A stretch of 64,000 nucleotides of DNA from Octopus vulgaris. Lineage: Eukaryota. A program made the translations under genes and the position numbers. A model generated the notes under the pieces. It made no database searches, was not told where the DNA came from, and worked only from the letters and a program-made list of their open reading frames with translations. Below are positions 29,286-43,236 of the stretch, piece after piece (position 1 is the stretch's first letter; each line of letters opens with the position of its first letter). The stretch spans positions 125,364,001 through 125,428,000 of the forward strand of contig OX597820.1 of the NCBI GenBank assembly GCA_951406725.2, given 5' to 3'.

Positions 29286-29678
29286 CGCAGGAGTGACTGT
29301 GTGGTAAGTAGCTTGCTAACCAACCACATGGTTCCGGGTTCAGTTCCACTGCGTGGCACCTTGGGCAAGTGTCTTCTACTATAGCCCCGGGCCGACCAAT
29401 ACCTTGTGAGTGGATTTGGTGGACGGAAACTGAAAGAGGCCTGTCGTATATATGTCGTATATAAATGTGTGTATGTTTGTGTGTCTGTGTTTGTCCCCCT
29501 AGCATTGCTTGATAACCGATAGTGGTTTGTTTACGTCCCCATCACTTAGCGGTTCGACAAAAAGAGACCGATAGAATAAGTACTGGGCTTACAAAGAATA
29601 AGTCCCGGGGTCGATTTGCTCGACTAAAGGCGGTACTCCAGCATGGCCGCAGTCAAATGTATGAAACAAGTAAAAAAA
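29284..29678 (+). mobile_element. SINE family 1, full-length
   Basis: Near-identical to 353-793. Confidence 0.88.
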
Positions 29679-30082
29679 AGTATATATATATAAATACATA
29701 TATATAATTATACATATAATATATGTATATATATATACATATACATATATATATATATATACATACATACACATATATATATACATATATATATATATAT
29801 ACATACATTTAAATATTTGTTGTGCAAATAAGATTGGCTAAACTGGCAATATGACCATTCCGAAATATAACAATATATACATACATATACATACATATAT
29901 ATATGTATACATATATATATACATATATATATATACATATACACATACATATATATATATATACATACATATATATATACATATATATATATACATACAT
30001 ATATATATACATACATATATATATACATACATATATATATATATATATACATACATATATATATATATATACATACATATAT

Positions 30083-30151
<69 letters not shown>

Positions 30152-32709
30152 CATATTCCTGACTTCACAGCAATTTGAAAACTTTGAATATGTGACATAA
30201 TTCATTTTCGGGACAGTGAAATAAGGAGCACATGTATCTACAGACAATAGCTTGTCAATTTTAGCTCAAAAGGCTTTTGTCAGCCTGTTGGTTTCGAACC
30301 CATCTTCTGCGAACATGACACATATCCTGCCATATTTACGGAGGATGCAGTCTTGTACTCATGGGCAACCAAGCTGGGGTTTTTTTCTATTCAAACATTT
30401 TGTAACCCAGTATTGACATCGTGTTTTTCATAGATCTATCTCCGTGTTTCACCTTTCCTCAAATTATGTGTAATATACATGTATATAAAAGTGTGTGTGT
30501 GTGTGTAAACGTTTGTGTGTAGGCGCTTGCGTTCATAACAGTATGAATCTATCCCGGCAATCTATCCATGCATGTATCTAGTCTGGGTGTGTATGTATGT
30601 AAGTATGTAAGTAATCATAAATCTAGTACCGGCGATTATATATGTAATTTCTTTTCACTGAGATAGTCTGTATGCAACAAATACTAGCAAAATTCTTCGT
30701 ATAAATCTACAGTCAAATAATACTGTGCGTGTGTTCAATTATACATTCATATGCCATATCATGTTTGTCTGCATCCATGTATGTGCATGAGAATGGCTTC
30801 TCATACCCAATTTTGTTGCTGTTAAATTTCCCTCATTGTGTCGTAAGCTATCCATAGACTAATCAATATCCTTTGCGTTAGACATTGAAAAGCTAACTTT
30901 TCTTTCTCATAAACATAATTTATTTTCCAGCACAACTAAAATGATTGCATCTGCATTCAAAGAGTTTATCATTCATACACACATACGCATGATGCGTGTG
31001 GACAAAATTATAAAGTAGTACAATATCGGCTGCTGGACAAAAGTGTACTTGAAAATTACTGAATCGTATAATTAGGAAGCTGTGTGCAAGCAAAAGGTGA
31101 TACACGTTTTGAAATGGAATGAGTTGATAAAGATTTTGCTTATAGGTTGATGCATATTTGACAGGTAGAAACATGTTATGCACAGGCTTGTTTTTATTCT
31201 GTAGATACCTTATTTTCTAGACTTCCTTTTTCATATTTTCCATTTTCTTCAGCAGTCGCGCTTATTCAATTTGCATGGTAGAATAATTCTAAAAGAGTCG
31301 ATGTTTGTTTAAGAAACTCGCTTTGCAGCTAAGTGGCTTCGGATTTAGTCCCACTGCGCAACAATCTGGGCAAGTAACTTTCACTTAGAGCTCAAGGCCG
31401 TCAATTTTCATGGCGTGTCTTGCGAGCCAATGTCATTGACGGTAAATGTGAGGACGTCCATCCGATGTCTATATATATATATATATATATACATCCGGTA
31501 GACGTTCTTAGAATTAGCGTCAACGAAACTGGTTTGCAATACACGCCATGGCAATTTTTGGCCCTGACTTATAGTGGAAAGTGCGATGATAAGCAGCAGC
31601 AGCGTGAGAAGACAGTTCGTGCCGGATGAAGTTCGTGTGAGTTCGAGTTGAGTTCGCTATGAAGTCGGTTGATCAGTTCGCTTGGAATATTGTTGGTTTT
31701 TGAAGAGATTGTTAGACCACTAGGATATTACGGCTGCATCGTTATTTTTGTATCTAAATCATCCGTCACTATATCGTAGCGGTACCGCGACATTTAGAGA
31801 AGAGTGTTTGTGTGTCTGTGTGAGTTTCATTTTGTGTGTGTATGTCCCACACACACATACATACACATTTCAACCGACCACTTGAAAACAAGTGTTAATT
31901 CATTTAGCGCTTCCACAAAAGTAAATAAATAAGTAAATAAAGAAGAAAACAGGTCAATGTGTTGACTTAAACCTTTCAAATTGTCCTGTGGCCACCATCC
32001 AGTCACAGAAGCAGATGCAATATAAAAAATCGGTGCAAAGCATCCCTTTTTTTGTGTTAAAAGTTTGGAGCTGTGTGAAAATGCGGGTACACACATTCGC
32101 ACACACTTATAGAAAATAATGAGTTGATAAGCTCCATCAAAGAAGCCCTCGCCTGTTGAGTCACTTTGTTACTTCTGACATATGGCTTGAAATAATGCCA
32201 CAAAATGCAGTATATTTAAGAGATCAAAAAAGTTACATGTTTGACAATTCAGCACCGTCAATTGGACGCGGAGAGTTTTGCTCGTCCTTACTATATCGAT
32301 TAGTCTCTGTGCATGCATTGGTTTTTAAAATACTGCCATTCACTCGCAGTATAAACTTGTAAAACATATGGATATATACATAAAAATAAAATACACGCAC
32401 TGCACTGCACGTACGCAGTTTTCAACACGAAACTCTGAGCAGCGAAAGTACGCAATATATTTTCCAAAGATTCTAATCTTGACTTTCAGGTAGCGTGTAT
32501 TTTAGTTGAAGTTCAGAATATCAAGGAAATGCGCAGAGTTGTGAGCAGAAACAAATGTTCACATATGAACGCATTGTGAATTAGGTTCTTGAAGAAAAAG
32601 TCGCGCGGCGAACGCCATTCACGATGCACTGCGCAGGTACGTGTTGCGGATAAATGCATACATCACTAATATGCCAGTAAATGTGTAGTTACACATATTC
32701 ACAAACATA

Positions 32710-33012
32710 TCTATTATATAAAATCCGTTCTGTCTGCCTGTCTGTCTGTGTCTTCTAAGATCTCGGGCATCCTCCATCCGATTTCGCTCAAGTTTGATAT
32801 GTAGATACCGACGGTATCACGGCGTGTATAAGACTTAGAAAAATCGATTCCAGGTAAGAATACAATCGATAAAGCCGTGAGAACGTGCATTTGTACGCGC
32901 AAGTAAATCAGCTATTGCGATCGATACTACACGTACGCGAGAAACATGGACGTGATGTTTGCGCAAAAAAGCCGGCTCGCTTGAAATAAAGCCACAAAAT
33001 GCAGTATATTTA
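32710..33012 (+). mobile_element. Non-autonomous Helitron-like 5' portion
   Basis: a|TCTATTATATAAAA start, (CTGT)n and ccgatttcgctcaagtttg. The last ~33 nt (gcttgaaataa.gccacaaaatgcagtatattta) recur at 32186-32218. Confidence 0.6.
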
Positions 33013-33139
33013 CATATATATATTATTTATATATATATTATATATATTTGTATATATATTATAGGATGGTTATTTGCGGTTTGTAATTTTCAATGTGCAT
33101 ACTTTCCTTATTCAAGCGGAATTGGGTTAAAGTGTTTCA

Positions 33140-33540
33140 GGTGCATTGTGGCTGTGTGGTAAGTAGCTTGCTTACGAACTACATGGTTCTAGGTTCAGTT
33201 CCACTGCGTGGCATCTTGGGCAAGTGTCTTCTACTATAGCCTCGGGCAGACCAAAGCCTTGTGAATGGATTTGGTAGACGGAAACTGAAAGAAGCCTGTC
33301 GTATATATGTATATATATATATGTGTGTGCGTGTATGTTTGTGTGTCTGTGTTTGTCCCCCTAGCATTGCTTGACAACCGAAGCTGGTGTGTTTATGTCC
33401 CCGTCACTTAGCGGTTCGGCAAAAGAGACCGATAGAATAAGTACTGGGCTTACAAAGAATAAGTCCCGGGGTCGAGTTGCTCGATTAAAGGCAGTGCTCC
33501 AGCATGGCCACAGTCAAATGACTGGAACAAGTAGGAGAAA
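33140..33540 (+). mobile_element. SINE family 1, full-length
   Basis: Near-identical to 353-793. Confidence 0.85.
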
Positions 33541-33555
33541 AATATATATATCTAA

Positions 33556-33590
<35 letters not shown>

Positions 33591-33595
<5 letters not shown>

Positions 33596-33709
33596 TAATC
33601 CAAACGGGAAAACAGAAAAAACAACAACACGTGGAACAATTACAGTGTTATTATTATTAGGCGCTCAGGAAAATGGAAGAAGGAGGGTATGACGTTTCGA
33701 GCGGAGCTC
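33591..33709 (-). mobile_element. Family-H-related (TA)n-abutting repeat with a truncated hammerhead 3' half
   Basis: Minus strand GAGC-TCC-GCTC-GAAAC-GTC; a sister copy lies in the opposite orientation at 45103-45181. Confidence 0.6.
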
Positions 33710-35216
33710 ATATACATACATGCATACATACATGCATACATACATACAGACAAATATATATATATATGGATATATGTATGTATGTTTATATACATACGTA
33801 CAAACATAAATGCATACATACATACATACATACATGTGTGTATGGGGGGGGTGAATGCGTGTGTATATATCTGTGCAAATATATATAGAGTAATTATTTT
33901 ATATAATCTATCTGCAGATAAATACAGTGATGTATTGACCAAAGAGGTATTTAAGGAAGTTCATATATATACTGGAAAGGAAAGCCAATTTGCCGGTGTT
34001 TGATGGATTTTTCTTGCATTCTTTATTCTCTGCGTCCACTAATACAACACTCTTATCAATGAAGAATACACAATTTGTTTTTCTCCTGTTATCTCTTGTA
34101 TAAATTCTTGCTTTCAAATCTTCACATGAAGCTATTCTGTTTTTCATTACGTTCTTGTATTTATTCTATTCAGAAATTCACTTGAGATTTTATTCATTCA
34201 GCTCAAAAAGTGAGTTGAAATTATGGCATGTAAAATGTGTTATTTAAACTAAGGTGTTTTAATATCACAAGAAAAGAGCGACACGAATTATTTTTAATAA
34301 TTCCACAGGTAGAGTATAGTCATAATGTAGATTTACTTAGAAACATAGGAACTATTTTGTTACTTATTTCATGAACAACACTCATAGCATCAAGTAAAAA
34401 AGACGTTGATAATTGTGTATATCACAATAGTCTCAGGCTTTAAAGATAATTCGCTGTCAATGTTAACTTCCCCAAGTGGCGATTGTTTTAGTTTTAACCA
34501 CTTTAACAGAAACATTCGCTACCAGTATAAGTTTACATATTTCTTGTGTAGCTTCTAGTTATTGATATTATATCGACACTTAGAAGCTTTGCAAATGTTA
34601 TTAACACCGAGCTGCCTCTTGTGATAAATAGAAAAGAAAAGAAAAATGACTAACAGGACCGATTGCTTTATATTTTCTTTTCATTCCTATAAGTAGCGAA
34701 ATAAAAATGTATGTATTAAAATACATCACAATGCGAGTGTCTGACTCAATCCTGTACAAAGTCTTAAAAATTAAAGTTAGTATTCTCATTACTAGGTTAG
34801 ATTTAATGGAGATATGAAGACATACAAAAACAATGTATATTCGTATCGTAGAAGAGTAAGCATTTTGAATGTAGTGTTCTTGGTTTGATAGCAGTTATAC
34901 TACAAAGAAAGGTTCGAAAAATATGATTGGTATTTTGAAATAAAGCAGAAAAAAGTACCCATCTGGAAAGTTTATTGGAGTTGGGTGAGACAGCTATCTG
35001 GTTATAAATTAAGATGCAGCAAGAATGTGCCTGTAATCTGTTCTGACATGATGTCATATTCAATGCTTCTCCAAGGTTTACGTAAATTATTACTTTCTTT
35101 CAATATTCCTGAACACGTGAATATTACTTTAACGTATTCAATAAAACACATATATGTATACATACACCCCTATATATATATATATATGTAAGCATGTATG
35201 TATGCATGTATGTATG

Positions 35217-35268
<52 letters not shown>

Positions 35269-35372
35269 TATAACATACACTCATATACGTATATATCTAT
35301 GCACAAAGAGACAGAGAAAGTGAGGACCAGTGAATTGTAAGTGTACTTGCATAAGTAATTTGTGTTCCGCAC

Positions 35373-35431
<59 letters not shown>

Positions 35432-35640
35432 TGCAACTAATATTTCAGAGAAATTTTGAGGACATATTTCAAATTTGTTTCTACCAGGTGAACACTTATT
35501 TGGAGGATCGATCAGTAAATATATTGCATTTGTAAATGTGAAATGAAGAATTTATGTAGTAACTCAAGATATAGTTGTGTGTTTATCTATCTATCTATCA
35601 ATCTATCTAAAGTGGATAGACAATTAGACAGATATATATA

Positions 35641-35737
<97 letters not shown>

Positions 35738-35804
35738 GTATATATATATACATATATACATACATACATGCATACATACATATATACACATATAGATAGA
35801 TGGT

Positions 35805-35880
<76 letters not shown>

Positions 35881-35929
35881 TAAATAAAAAAATAGACAGA
35901 TAGATCCTTTACTTTGATACTTTGATAGG

Positions 35930-38900
35930 TTTCGGCCAGTCTTGGCCAATGCCATGTGTAATCTAGTAGCACCACCTGGCAAAAGCATTCAAATCAGAAA
36001 CCGGAGAACAGCGCCCACTTCAGGAGAGAGTTATTGATTAAGCAGACACATTCAGGTGTAGGCGGTTTATACGGGATTTTTTGAAGGAATTTCTCCAAAG
36101 ACTTCTTGAACTCTATGGTGTCTGTCTCTACCTTAATGTGTTTTGATGTAATGTTAAAGAGAGCGGGGCCAATTGAGGTGAAATATTTGCGCCGTATTGT
36201 TGTTATGTGATGCGAGTATGATTTATGTTGTGGGCGGGTAGCACGGTGTCCAAGTCTTGAGTCTATCTTAAATGCAAAGCCAACACTATTTGGGCAATGC
36301 TGATGGAATATTTTCCACATGATGCAGATGATGCAGCACTCACTGCGTTGTTGAATAAAACCTAAGCTTTTCTAGTCGATCCCAATAGTCAAGACCTATC
36401 ATGCCAGCTATCCATTTTGTAATTGATCTTAAAGGTGCTTCAATTTTCATGATATTTTGTTTCATGTGAGGAGACCACAGTGGACAACAGTTTTCAAGGA
36501 GGAGCTGGGCAAAAGTAGAGAAGAGAAGGATAATGGTGTGGATACCGCTCGACTGGAAAGTTCTGAGAAACCAGGAGTACAACATGCGGGCCATGTCAAC
36601 TTTGCCATTCCTATGAGCGGCCCGTCTTATGTAGATGATTACAATTACTCCCGAGTCTCTGATGTTGTTGGATGTCATGTGAGGTTCACCTGAAGAAAGG
36701 GAGTATGGGAGTTTTAGGCTATCCCTTTTCTGAAGTGGATTGACTCAAATTTATCCTCGTTCAGCAGCATATTATTTTTTTCTGTCCATTGGATGACAGC
36801 CAGTAGATATGGCTGAAGGCAGGCCCGGTCACACACTTCATTGAGTACCTTCTGGATCTTGGAATCATCTGCAAAGATTCTTATGTTATTGTGCTGGATG
36901 ATGTCAGTAATGTTATTGATGTAGATGATGAAAAGAAGTGGGTCCAACACAGTGCCCTGTGGAACATCACTTCTGACTTTGGCGGGGTTTGAGTTTACTC
37001 CTTCAACTACAACGTGTTGGGTTCTGCCTGCTAGGAGACACTTGATCCGTTGTAATAACTTTCCAGAGACACCAATGTTTGAAAGTTTTCTCAAAGGGAT
37101 CTTGCGATCCTCCCAGTGGAAATCAAGGTAGAAACTGCTGAACACCATGCTGGCTGGGGTTCAGCAGTCTGTTGCTTTCAAGAATGTGGGTTATCCGTGA
37201 TTTCAACACCCTCACAAATACCTTGCTGATATTAGAGGTGAGCGAGATCGGCCGGTAGTACACTGCAAGGAACTTGTTTCTCTTTTTGAAAACTAGGACA
37301 ACAGACTGGGACAGAAAATTTTAAGGAATATAACCAGCATTCAGTATAACCTCCCCAGATTAGCAAGAAGAAATACAAGTCGGTGTCGATACACATTCAG
37401 GACACAAGCAGAAAACCTATAAGGGCCCACTGCTGAATTGTGTTTAATTTCATTTAGAGCCACTAAGACATCAGAGATGCCAATCTTTGCGTCCGATATA
37501 GTGTGTTGCGGAATTAACATCACTGATAAAGTTCAGATTGGTCATAGCACTTTTGCTAAAAACAAAGCAGTACTGTTTCTGCAGCATCTCACTCATGGTT
37601 TTGGCATTTTCTTGGACATTGCCATTTTTATCAATTACATGGCCAGAGAGTGTGATGTTGTGTGTTTTTCGCAAAAGGGAATAACAATTTGGGGTCGAGT
37701 TTGATTTTCCGAACGGCCTCCTCAGCTGTTCTCTGGTTATTGATGATGGACTTCATGCATTGTTGAAAGTTATATTCTTCTGATTCGAGCAGTCTGAGAG
37801 CCGTCAAATTTATGTGTGGCTGTTGGCAGTATTTTAGTTTACTTTTTTTGTTCTTTTTATTTTTCCTGATAATCGTTTTTCTGTTTTGGGGAATTCTGCA
37901 CTTAGATTTCTTCACAGGTTTTGGTGGTACCTGTTAGCACATATATTTGTGACAGTGTCTACAAACATCTGCCAAGATATTTTGATGCTGGAGTATGTGT
38001 GTGTATGTGTGAAAGACCAGTCAACATGTGGTAGATTGTCTATGATTGTGTCCCAGTCGGCATCATAGAGATTCATGGTAACAAATGAGTAGGCTGGTGA
38101 GAAGCCACTAGGGTTTCAGGGAACCATATCAGGGTCTGAAACAAGGAATTTTGTTTCCACTGAAATATTGTGTACTGTGTTAGTGTGGTTAATAAACACA
38201 AAGTATAAAATCTTCTGATACCTTGTTTGTGCAACGACAAGTTGTGACAAGAAAAACTCAGTCATAAAGTCGAGAAGTGAATCTACTGTTTATTTATCAT
38301 TAGATGAAGTGGGAGTGCTTGATTTCAAACTTTTTGTAGAGCAATCAACACTGGGTAGATTTAATCTTCCATTATAATTTTGTTATTAGAACGTCACTGT
38401 TGAATAAAGCACTTAATGCTGTTGAGGCATTCATTAAAGCGCGGTATGGGTGTTTGAGGTGGCCTATACAGTCCAACTACTATCAGGTCATTGGTTTTTC
38501 AGTATGAACGGTTACCGATTCACTGTAGCCATTGGAGAATGTCATATTCCCATCTGCCGAAAAGCAATCATGCAGGAAAAAGCAGTTCCACCCTTCCTTT
38601 TGTCGACTCAATCCGTGCGGACGGTTGTGAAATTCCTCACTTTCACGTCGGCCTCCAAGTGGGATTTGTCAAGGTGGGTCTCCTCAAGAATGAAGAAAGG
38701 GATCAGGTGTGAATGGTTACCAGCCCAATCCTCAATGAGTTGGTTCTTCCATTTCTGCGAATTGATGGACGGACTGATACTTTGTGCCTTGAGCGGAAAT
38801 GTAGGGGCTAGGGTAGTGGCGGGTTTTGACTGTTGCAGGGGGCTTCTTTTCTGATTATGTGTCAGTGACAGCAATGTGGGGGAGGTGTCTTTTTGTATCT

Positions 38901-39840
38901 CTTTTGTCAGTTTCAACATGGCTAACATAGTATTTTCCTGCTTAGGGAATATTTTTTGACTGGAGATGTGATTGTACTGTTGGCTAGGACGGACGTTTCC
39001 GCTTTTGTTGTGGTTCTTGTTATTATTGTTGTTGTTGTTGTTCATGGTGGTGGTAGTGGTGTTATTGTTTTTGTATGTTCGTGAAAAGACTGGACCAGCA
39101 TTACTGCGGTAGGCGGTGTCTTTACTGTGGTTTGTGTGTTGGTTTGAAGCCCCATTTCTGTTAGTGTGTCGGGTCACTGGAAGATGAATGAAAGGACAAT
39201 CACGCAACAGATATAATTTCTTGCGTTGGAAATACCGGCAGACTTCGTGAGCAGAGCCTGTAGTGTAGGGAATATTGGCATACTTTGGGGATACTTGTTA
39301 GTGTCGTGGGGGGACACATTCTGCTTCATAGATGTTTTCAAGTATTTTTATACTACAGTAGGATTGAGATGGCGATGTGGGATAAGAAACAGTGGTTTAT
39401 TTTTAGTATTTGATGTGGTAGAAGATGAAAGAGATGCTATCATTCAGTAGATCTGCTATTGTGCTAGAATTTAGGATCGTCTCTTCTGATGTTGTTGTTT
39501 CTATTCATGATTTTCTGGCTATTCTTGTCGTTTAGCTTGTTACTGTTCATTATTTCCTGGCTCATGTTGTTGTTTTGCTTGTTGCAGCTGTTTATGGTTT
39601 ACTGGCTGTTGTTGTTGTTGTTGTTCTGCTTGACCAATATTTATAGAGGAAATATATTGAAATTTTACAAAATGACACTGAATTACATTGAAAGAAACCT
39701 GGATGTGTTTTTAGTTTGCTTCGAATCTACATAGCAGTTCGCGTGTTGAGAATCTGCGCTGTAATTTTTTCGGCAACCTTATTTAGATAGTAAACCAATT
39801 TCGTTTGTTGTAAGTCTGCTTCTTAGTCGCCATGTTTTCC
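35930..39840 (-). mobile_element. Degenerate near full-length CR1/L2-group LINE
   Basis: ORF1 remnant with CCCH-like CRYFQR...DCPFIH, APE motif FILEETHL, RT motifs PQGTVLDPLLFIIYIN and IFADD, C-terminal GPALFN...FKKSLEKFL; many stops and frameshifts. Confidence 0.85.
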
Positions 39841-40105
39841 TTTCTCTTCTCTTCTTTTTTTTACGTTTTCGTATAGTTTTTATTTCGGATATAAATAAAT
39901 ATATATATATATATATATATATAGATATATATATATATATGGGTGTGTGTGATTGTGTATAGAAGAATATATTAATAAAAAGAATTCCAACCTTGTCTGA
40001 TTTTCACGTTTTATTTACAATCTTATAATGATATATTATAAGATAATATATTATAATTGAATAAAATAAAATGAAATAGTAGAATGTTAAATATTCATTC
40101 TGATT

Positions 40106-40148
40106 GAACTAGTACTTTCATGCATTGAATTCTGCAATCTTCGGGTTC
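40106..40148 (-). ncRNA. Minimal type I hammerhead ribozyme-like motif (U4C) in the PLE pseudo-LTR
   Basis: Identical 43-nt motif to 4838-4880. Confidence 0.72.
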
Positions 40149-40643
40149 ATGTAGTAGTGTTGACAGTCATGCTTCACAATTTTTGACTGTAGCAAGATGA
40201 GTGATTCTGTGCTATAAATACAGCTGGGTAGGCTCCAGAGTGCTAGGTTTTGCAAACTGTATTCTGACCAATCAGTGTGTAGTATCACTCAATTACTTAA
40301 GCTGATTGGTTGGTTGAGCTGATTGGTTTAGGCATCATGCTTTGTTGGACAGGTCAAGAGTCCTGTATCTTGACCCTGGCCGAAGCAGCAATTGTTGGGT
40401 TATTTTTAGAAATGTTGTAAATATCCTTTGTCAGAGATTTTTATATTTTTATATTTCAATTGTCATCATCATCATTGTCAGCACCTTGATTATTGTTGCT
40501 AGTGGTGATGGTGGTGGCAATAGAACTTTTAACCCTAAATAAGATAATTTTCCTGCTATCTTCGTCTTGATCACCTTTAGTATTGTTGTTGTTGTTAGTG
40601 GTCATGGTCGTAGCAGTGGAAGTAATACCTCTAAGTATTATTA

Positions 40644-42527
40644 TTATTGCTTATTTAGCTTGGGTTCGAATTTATCAATAAAATTCTTTTCTCTGATTTT
40701 CCTCTCGATTTCACTTGGGCTGTGTAATTTGTAGAATGGAAATATTATATATATTTTCCGACCACATGTTGCTAGGTGGTTACTCAAAGGTATCTGACGG
40801 ACCTCTGGGTCTCTAATCTGTTGCCGGTGTACACGTGAGCGTTCTAATAGTGCGTTTCCCGTCTGACCTACATATATTTCTTCACAATTTGGGCATTTGA
40901 TGCAGTAAATTAAATTTCTGCTTTTGCAGTTCATATTCGCGTTTGTGAATATTTTCCCGGTTTTTGTGTTTATATATTGACCGGTATGTATGAATTGGCA
41001 TGTGCCACATCGGCTATCATTGCATTTAGATACCGTGAATGTTTGGTCTTTGTTGCTGAGGTCAAATTTTGCCTTTGTTAGTAATGTTTTCAAGTTTTTA
41101 GGCTGTCTTTTACTAAGCACCATAGCTCGATCCTTGATTATGTCTTTTAATTCATTACTTTGGGCAATGATTGGAAGGTTTGCTTTGGCAATGTTGAAGA
41201 TATTCTGGTGACATGGGTTGTGTGTCACTATGAATGGTATGACTTGTTCTTGTTTTCCTCTTCCTTGGGTCGTCCTAAGTTGTTGTATAGGTATTTTTAT
41301 AGCCCGCTGTATGCCATTTTCTATAAGTAGAGATGGGTATTTTTGTTTGAGCAAAAATTCTCTTAGTTCTATTAGGCGTTTGTTCCTGATATTTGCATCT
41401 TCTACAATAGTACAAATTCTTCTGGCTAGGCAGTATGGGATGTTACGTTTTGTATGTGGTGGATGGCACGACTTAAAATTTAGGTATTGATGTGTGTCTG
41501 TGTGTTTATAGTATATATCTGTGGTGATGGTGGTGTCTTTTTTAATTACCATTATATCCAGGAATGGTAATTTGGTACTACTCATCTCCTTTGTAAATTT
41601 GAGAGATGGGTGTAGGTTGTTCAGGAGGATATTGAACTCTTCCAGAGTATTTAGAGATTCTGTCCAGATTATGAAACAGTCGTCTAGGTATCTCTTCCAT
41701 GCCTTTTCAATATACTTTCTAAATCCAGTGCCATAGTTTACCTCCACCTCTTGGTAGAGTTGTTCTTCTAAGTATCCCATTACAGAGTTGGCGTAAACGG
41801 GAGCAAACCTCGTTCCCATCGCCGTGCCTCTAATTTGGATGTAATTCTTTCCATTGAAGAAGAATGTGTTATTTTCTAGAATAAGTTTGACTGTGTCTAA
41901 TATAAATGGCACTGTGAATCTGCTGGGAATCACTTCTCTATGTTTTTCTAACCAGTATTTAATCGCCTTTATTCCTAAATCGTGTGGAATATTGGTGTAG
42001 AGGCTTACCACATCAAAACTTAGCAAAACTGAATTTGTTTCTGTTGTTTTGGGAAGATGGGACAGGAAGTCGATGTCATCCCTGATGAAACTTGGTATGT
42101 AAGTACATAGTGGTTTCAAAACAATGTCAATAAAATTGCTTAGACGGTGTGTAGGGCATGCTGGACCAGCTATAATAGGTCTAAGTTTTAGGTCTTTTGG
42201 ATGTAATAATTTTATGTACTCACTTTCTTGTTCTTTTACTGCCTGTTGAATGTTTTTTGATTTGTGTATTTTTGGTAAGCCGTAGAAGTTGCTGGGTTTT
42301 GGTTCAAAATTGGTGATGTAGTCTTTTTCATTATCCGTAAGTGAGTTGTGGTGTGTTGAAATCAGGTTGTTGATCTTTTTCATGATGTGGTGGTCTATAT
42401 TTGCGGGTATTTCACAATAGAAGGTTGTATCCTTCAGTTGGTCTTCAACCAAATCCTTATAGTATTCGGTATCCATAATAACAATTGCACCACCTTTATC
42501 TGCTTGTTTAATTATTATTGTTTGATC
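40644..42527 (-). CDS. Penelope-like reverse transcriptase and GIY-YIG endonuclease (partial, uninterrupted)
   Basis: ADKGGAIV, FYGLPKIHK, LRPII, SFDVVSLYTNIP, GTAMGT, RYLDD, LPFLD and NLIYCIKCPNCEEIYVGQTG. The first 35 aa of the listed ORF are SINE and TA read-through. Confidence 0.95.
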   Translation of the reverse strand, partial: DQTIIIKQADKGGAIVIMDTEYYKDLVEDQLKDTTFYCEIPANIDHHIMKKINNLISTHHNSLTDNEKDYITNFEPKPSNFYGLPKIHKSKNIQQAVKEQESEYIKLLHPKDLKLRPIIAGPACPTHRLSNFIDIVLKPLCTYIPSFIRDDIDFLSHLPKTTETNSVLLSFDVVSLYTNIPHDLGIKAIKYWLEKHREVIPSRFTVPFILDTVKLILENNTFFFNGKNYIQIRGTAMGTRFAPVYANSVMGYLEEQLYQEVEVNYGTGFRKYIEKAWKRYLDDCFIIWTESLNTLEEFNILLNNLHPSLKFTKEMSSTKLPFLDIMVIKKDTTITTDIYYKHTDTHQYLNFKSCHPPHTKRNIPYCLARRICTIVEDANIRNKRLIELREFLLKQKYPSLLIENGIQRAIKIPIQQLRTTQGRGKQEQVIPFIVTHNPCHQNIFNIAKANLPIIAQSNELKDIIKDRAMVLSKRQPKNLKTLLTKAKFDLSNKDQTFTVSKCNDSRCGTCQFIHTGQYINTKTGKIFTNANMNCKSRNLIYCIKCPNCEEIYVGQTGNALLERSRVHRQQIRDPEVRQIPLSNHLATCGRKIYIIFPFYKLHSPSEIERKIREKNFIDKFEPKLNKQ

Positions 42528-42548
42528 GTATATATATATATATATATA

Positions 42549-42949
42549 GGCGCAGAGTGGCTGTGTGGTAAGTAGCTTGTTTACCGACCACATGGTTCCG
42601 GGTTCAGTCCCACTGCGTGGCACCTTGGGCAAGTATCTTCTACTTTAGCCTCGGGCCGACCAAAGCCTTGTGAGTGGATTTGGTAGACGGAAACTGAAAG
42701 AAACCTGTCGTATATATATATGTATGTATGTGTGTGTGTTTGTGTGTCTGTGCTTGTCCCCCTAGCATTGCTTGACAACCGATGCTGGTGTGTTTATATC
42801 CCCGTTATATAGCGGTTCGGCAAAAGAGACCGATAGAATAAGTACTGGGCTTACAAAAGAATAAGTCCCAGGCTCGAGTTGCTCGATTAAAGGCGGTGCC
42901 CCAGCATGGCCACAGTCAAATGACTGAAACAAGTAAAAGAGTAAAAGAG
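42549..42949 (+). mobile_element. SINE family 1, full-length
   Basis: Near-identical to 353-793. Confidence 0.88.
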
Positions 42950-43236
42950 TATATATATATACGACAAACGACATATCCACCTCGGCCTTAGAATAACGCA
43001 AATACCCACGCAAATATGAAAAATGATACACTCAAGAGATTCCCAAGAATTCATTAAAAAAAACAGTGCCAATCACTGCTATAATCCATTAGGTGCCAAT
43101 TTTAAGTCATTTAACACCTTACTACTTTCTACATTCATTCTTATCCTCCCTTCTTCTTCTTCTTCTTCTTCTTCTTCTTCTTCTTCTTCTTCTTCTTCTT
43201 CTTCTTCTTCTTCTTCTTCTCCTTCCTAACTTTATC

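Larger units (their letters stand above)
39941..42528 (-). mobile_element. Penelope-like element, 5'-truncated, with 3' pseudo-LTR, flanked by (TA)n
   Basis: RT plus GIY-YIG ORF, about 700 nt of 3' region with CCAAT repeats and a hammerhead motif; the terminus is duplicated at 4701-5063. Confidence 0.95.

Noticed and set aside
31492-31791. Possible solo LTR ending in ...gtaccgcgaca
   Set aside because: No TG start or target-site duplication could be identified.
42528-42632. Apparent N-terminus MPKVPRSGTEPGTMW of the 662-aa PLE ORF
   Set aside because: It is the antisense strand of a family-1 SINE head plus TA repeat, in frame by chance. The same peptide appears at other SINE copies.
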